Virus record (IMG/VR): IMGVR_UViG_2695420382_000003
Coordinates: 1-6,208 of that record
Reading direction: 5' to 3' (one strand)
Length of the DNA stretch: 6,208 nt
Source: a virus
Lineage: Duplodnaviria; Heunggongvirae; Uroviricota; Caudoviricetes
Shown here: positions 5,414 through 6,208 of the stretch, piece by piece
Position numbering within the stretch: position 1 is the first letter of the stretch
Layout of the letters: every line of letters starts with the position of its first letter
The notes under the pieces: model-generated
The model's database searches: none
What the model saw: the letters and a program-made list of their open reading frames with translations, nothing else
What the model was told of the DNA's origin: nothing
Position numbers and translations under genes: made by a program

Positions 5414-6180
5414 ATGCCGTAATTATTGCCAACGCAGAAATCGTGCCGATTGAGTTTAATGGCGAGCGTGTTGTTACGTATCAAATGATTGCTGATATTC
5501 ACGGGGTTCCAGTAGCCACTATTCAAAATGGCTATGCGCGAAACTCTGAGTATTTCATAGACAGGGAAGATACATATTTTATTGATTTTCATGAAAATAC
5601 CTTTAGAAGGGGTTTTGAAATTCCTCCTCGTGGCATGCGAGTTTTCACTGAATCAGGCTATTTGATGCTGGTTAAAACCCTGCGCGACGAGACGGCGTGG
5701 AGAGTGCAACGTGAGCTTGTTCGCAATTATTTTCGTGGCCAAAAAGAAGATAAGTCAGCCTTGCCCGACTTCACAAACCCTGCTGAAGCCGCCAGAGCGT
5801 GGGCAAACGAATATGAGCAGAAAGTGAAGCTGGAGCAACAACTCGCGATTGCCGCACCTAAAGTTGAGTTTGCCGATCGCGTTGGCGAGGCCAGCGGAAT
5901 TTTGATTGGAAACTTTGCAAAGGTTGTTGGTATTGGCCCAAACAAACTGTTTGCGTGGATGCGTGATCACAAAATCCTTATTGCTTCAGGTTCCCGGCGC
6001 AATGTGCCAATGCAGGAATATATGGATCGCGGCTATTTCACAGTGAAAGAAACAGCGGTCAACACAAATCACGGAATACAGATATCGTTCACCACAAAAA
6101 TCACCGGGCGTGGTCAACAGTGGCTGACCAGAAAGCTGCTCGATAACGGAATGCTGAAAGTAACAGGGGAGGCTGCATGA
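5410..6180 (+). CDS. Phage antirepressor-like protein, ORF6N-like N-terminal domain plus KilA-C C-terminal domain (Roi-like), 256 aa
   Basis: The N-terminal domain parallels the 4398 gene (..VVTYQMIADIHGVPVATIQNGYARNSEYFIDREDTYF...RVFTESGYLMLVKTLRDETAWRVQRELVRNYF). The C-terminal half (PDFTNPAEAARAWANEYEQKVKLEQQLAIAAPKVEFADRV...GYFTVKETAVNTNHGIQISFTTKITGRGQQWL) has the KilA-C / Ant C-terminal signature. Its nin-region position is consistent with HK022-type Roi, but I cannot confirm that identity from memory. Confidence 0.85.
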   Translation: MNAVIIANAEIVPIEFNGERVVTYQMIADIHGVPVATIQNGYARNSEYFIDREDTYFIDFHENTFRRGFEIPPRGMRVFTESGYLMLVKTLRDETAWRVQRELVRNYFRGQKEDKSALPDFTNPAEAARAWANEYEQKVKLEQQLAIAAPKVEFADRVGEASGILIGNFAKVVGIGPNKLFAWMRDHKILIASGSRRNVPMQEYMDRGYFTVKETAVNTNHGIQISFTTKITGRGQQWLTRKLLDNGMLKVTGEAA

Positions 6181-6208
6181 ATGAGTACAGATTCACGCTT
6201 CCATACCC
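6177..6208 (+). CDS. 5' end of the next nin-region gene (partial, product unknown)
   Basis: The ATG at 6177 overlaps the preceding stop in the same ATGA arrangement seen at four other gene junctions in this window. GGGGAGG lies 4 nt upstream. Only ~10 codons are visible (MNEYRFTLPY...). The ATG at 6181 is an alternative start. Confidence 0.3.
   Translation, partial: MNEYRFTLPY

Noticed and set aside
5347-5970. Minus-strand ORFs at 5347-5592, 5727-5945 and 5755-5970
   Set aside because: They are antisense to the Rha-domain and antirepressor-like genes, with no start signals.
1-6208. Search for tRNA or rRNA genes, insertion-sequence inverted repeats or transposases, and attachment sites
   Set aside because: No cloverleaf-compatible segments, terminal inverted repeats flanking a transposase-like ORF, or integrase genes are evident. 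The window appears to be wholly internal phage early-region DNA.

Overview
This window reads as the replication and early nin region of a lambda-type (lambdoid) phage or prophage, almost entirely on the + strand. In order: the 3' end of cII with the antisense oop RNA and its pO promoter; replication initiator O with an embedded iteron origin (six iterons rather than the four I recall for lambda); helicase loader P; ren; a tR2-like intrinsic terminator; ninB; a Dam-like N6-adenine methyltransferase; ninE. Downstream of ninE the lambda-like order is replaced by accessory cargo. The cargo is a convergently oriented RelE/HigB-type toxin plus XRE-HTH antitoxin pair on the - strand, a 318-bp structured intergenic region, an ORF6N-domain protein with an uncharacterised C-terminal half, a stand-alone Rha-domain protein, and a KilA-C antirepressor-like (Roi-like) protein. 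The best candidate for something undescribed is this toxin-antitoxin / structured intergenic region / ORF6N cluster at about 3450-5090. All protein-family calls come from reading the translations and recalling motifs; no database search or alignment was run.
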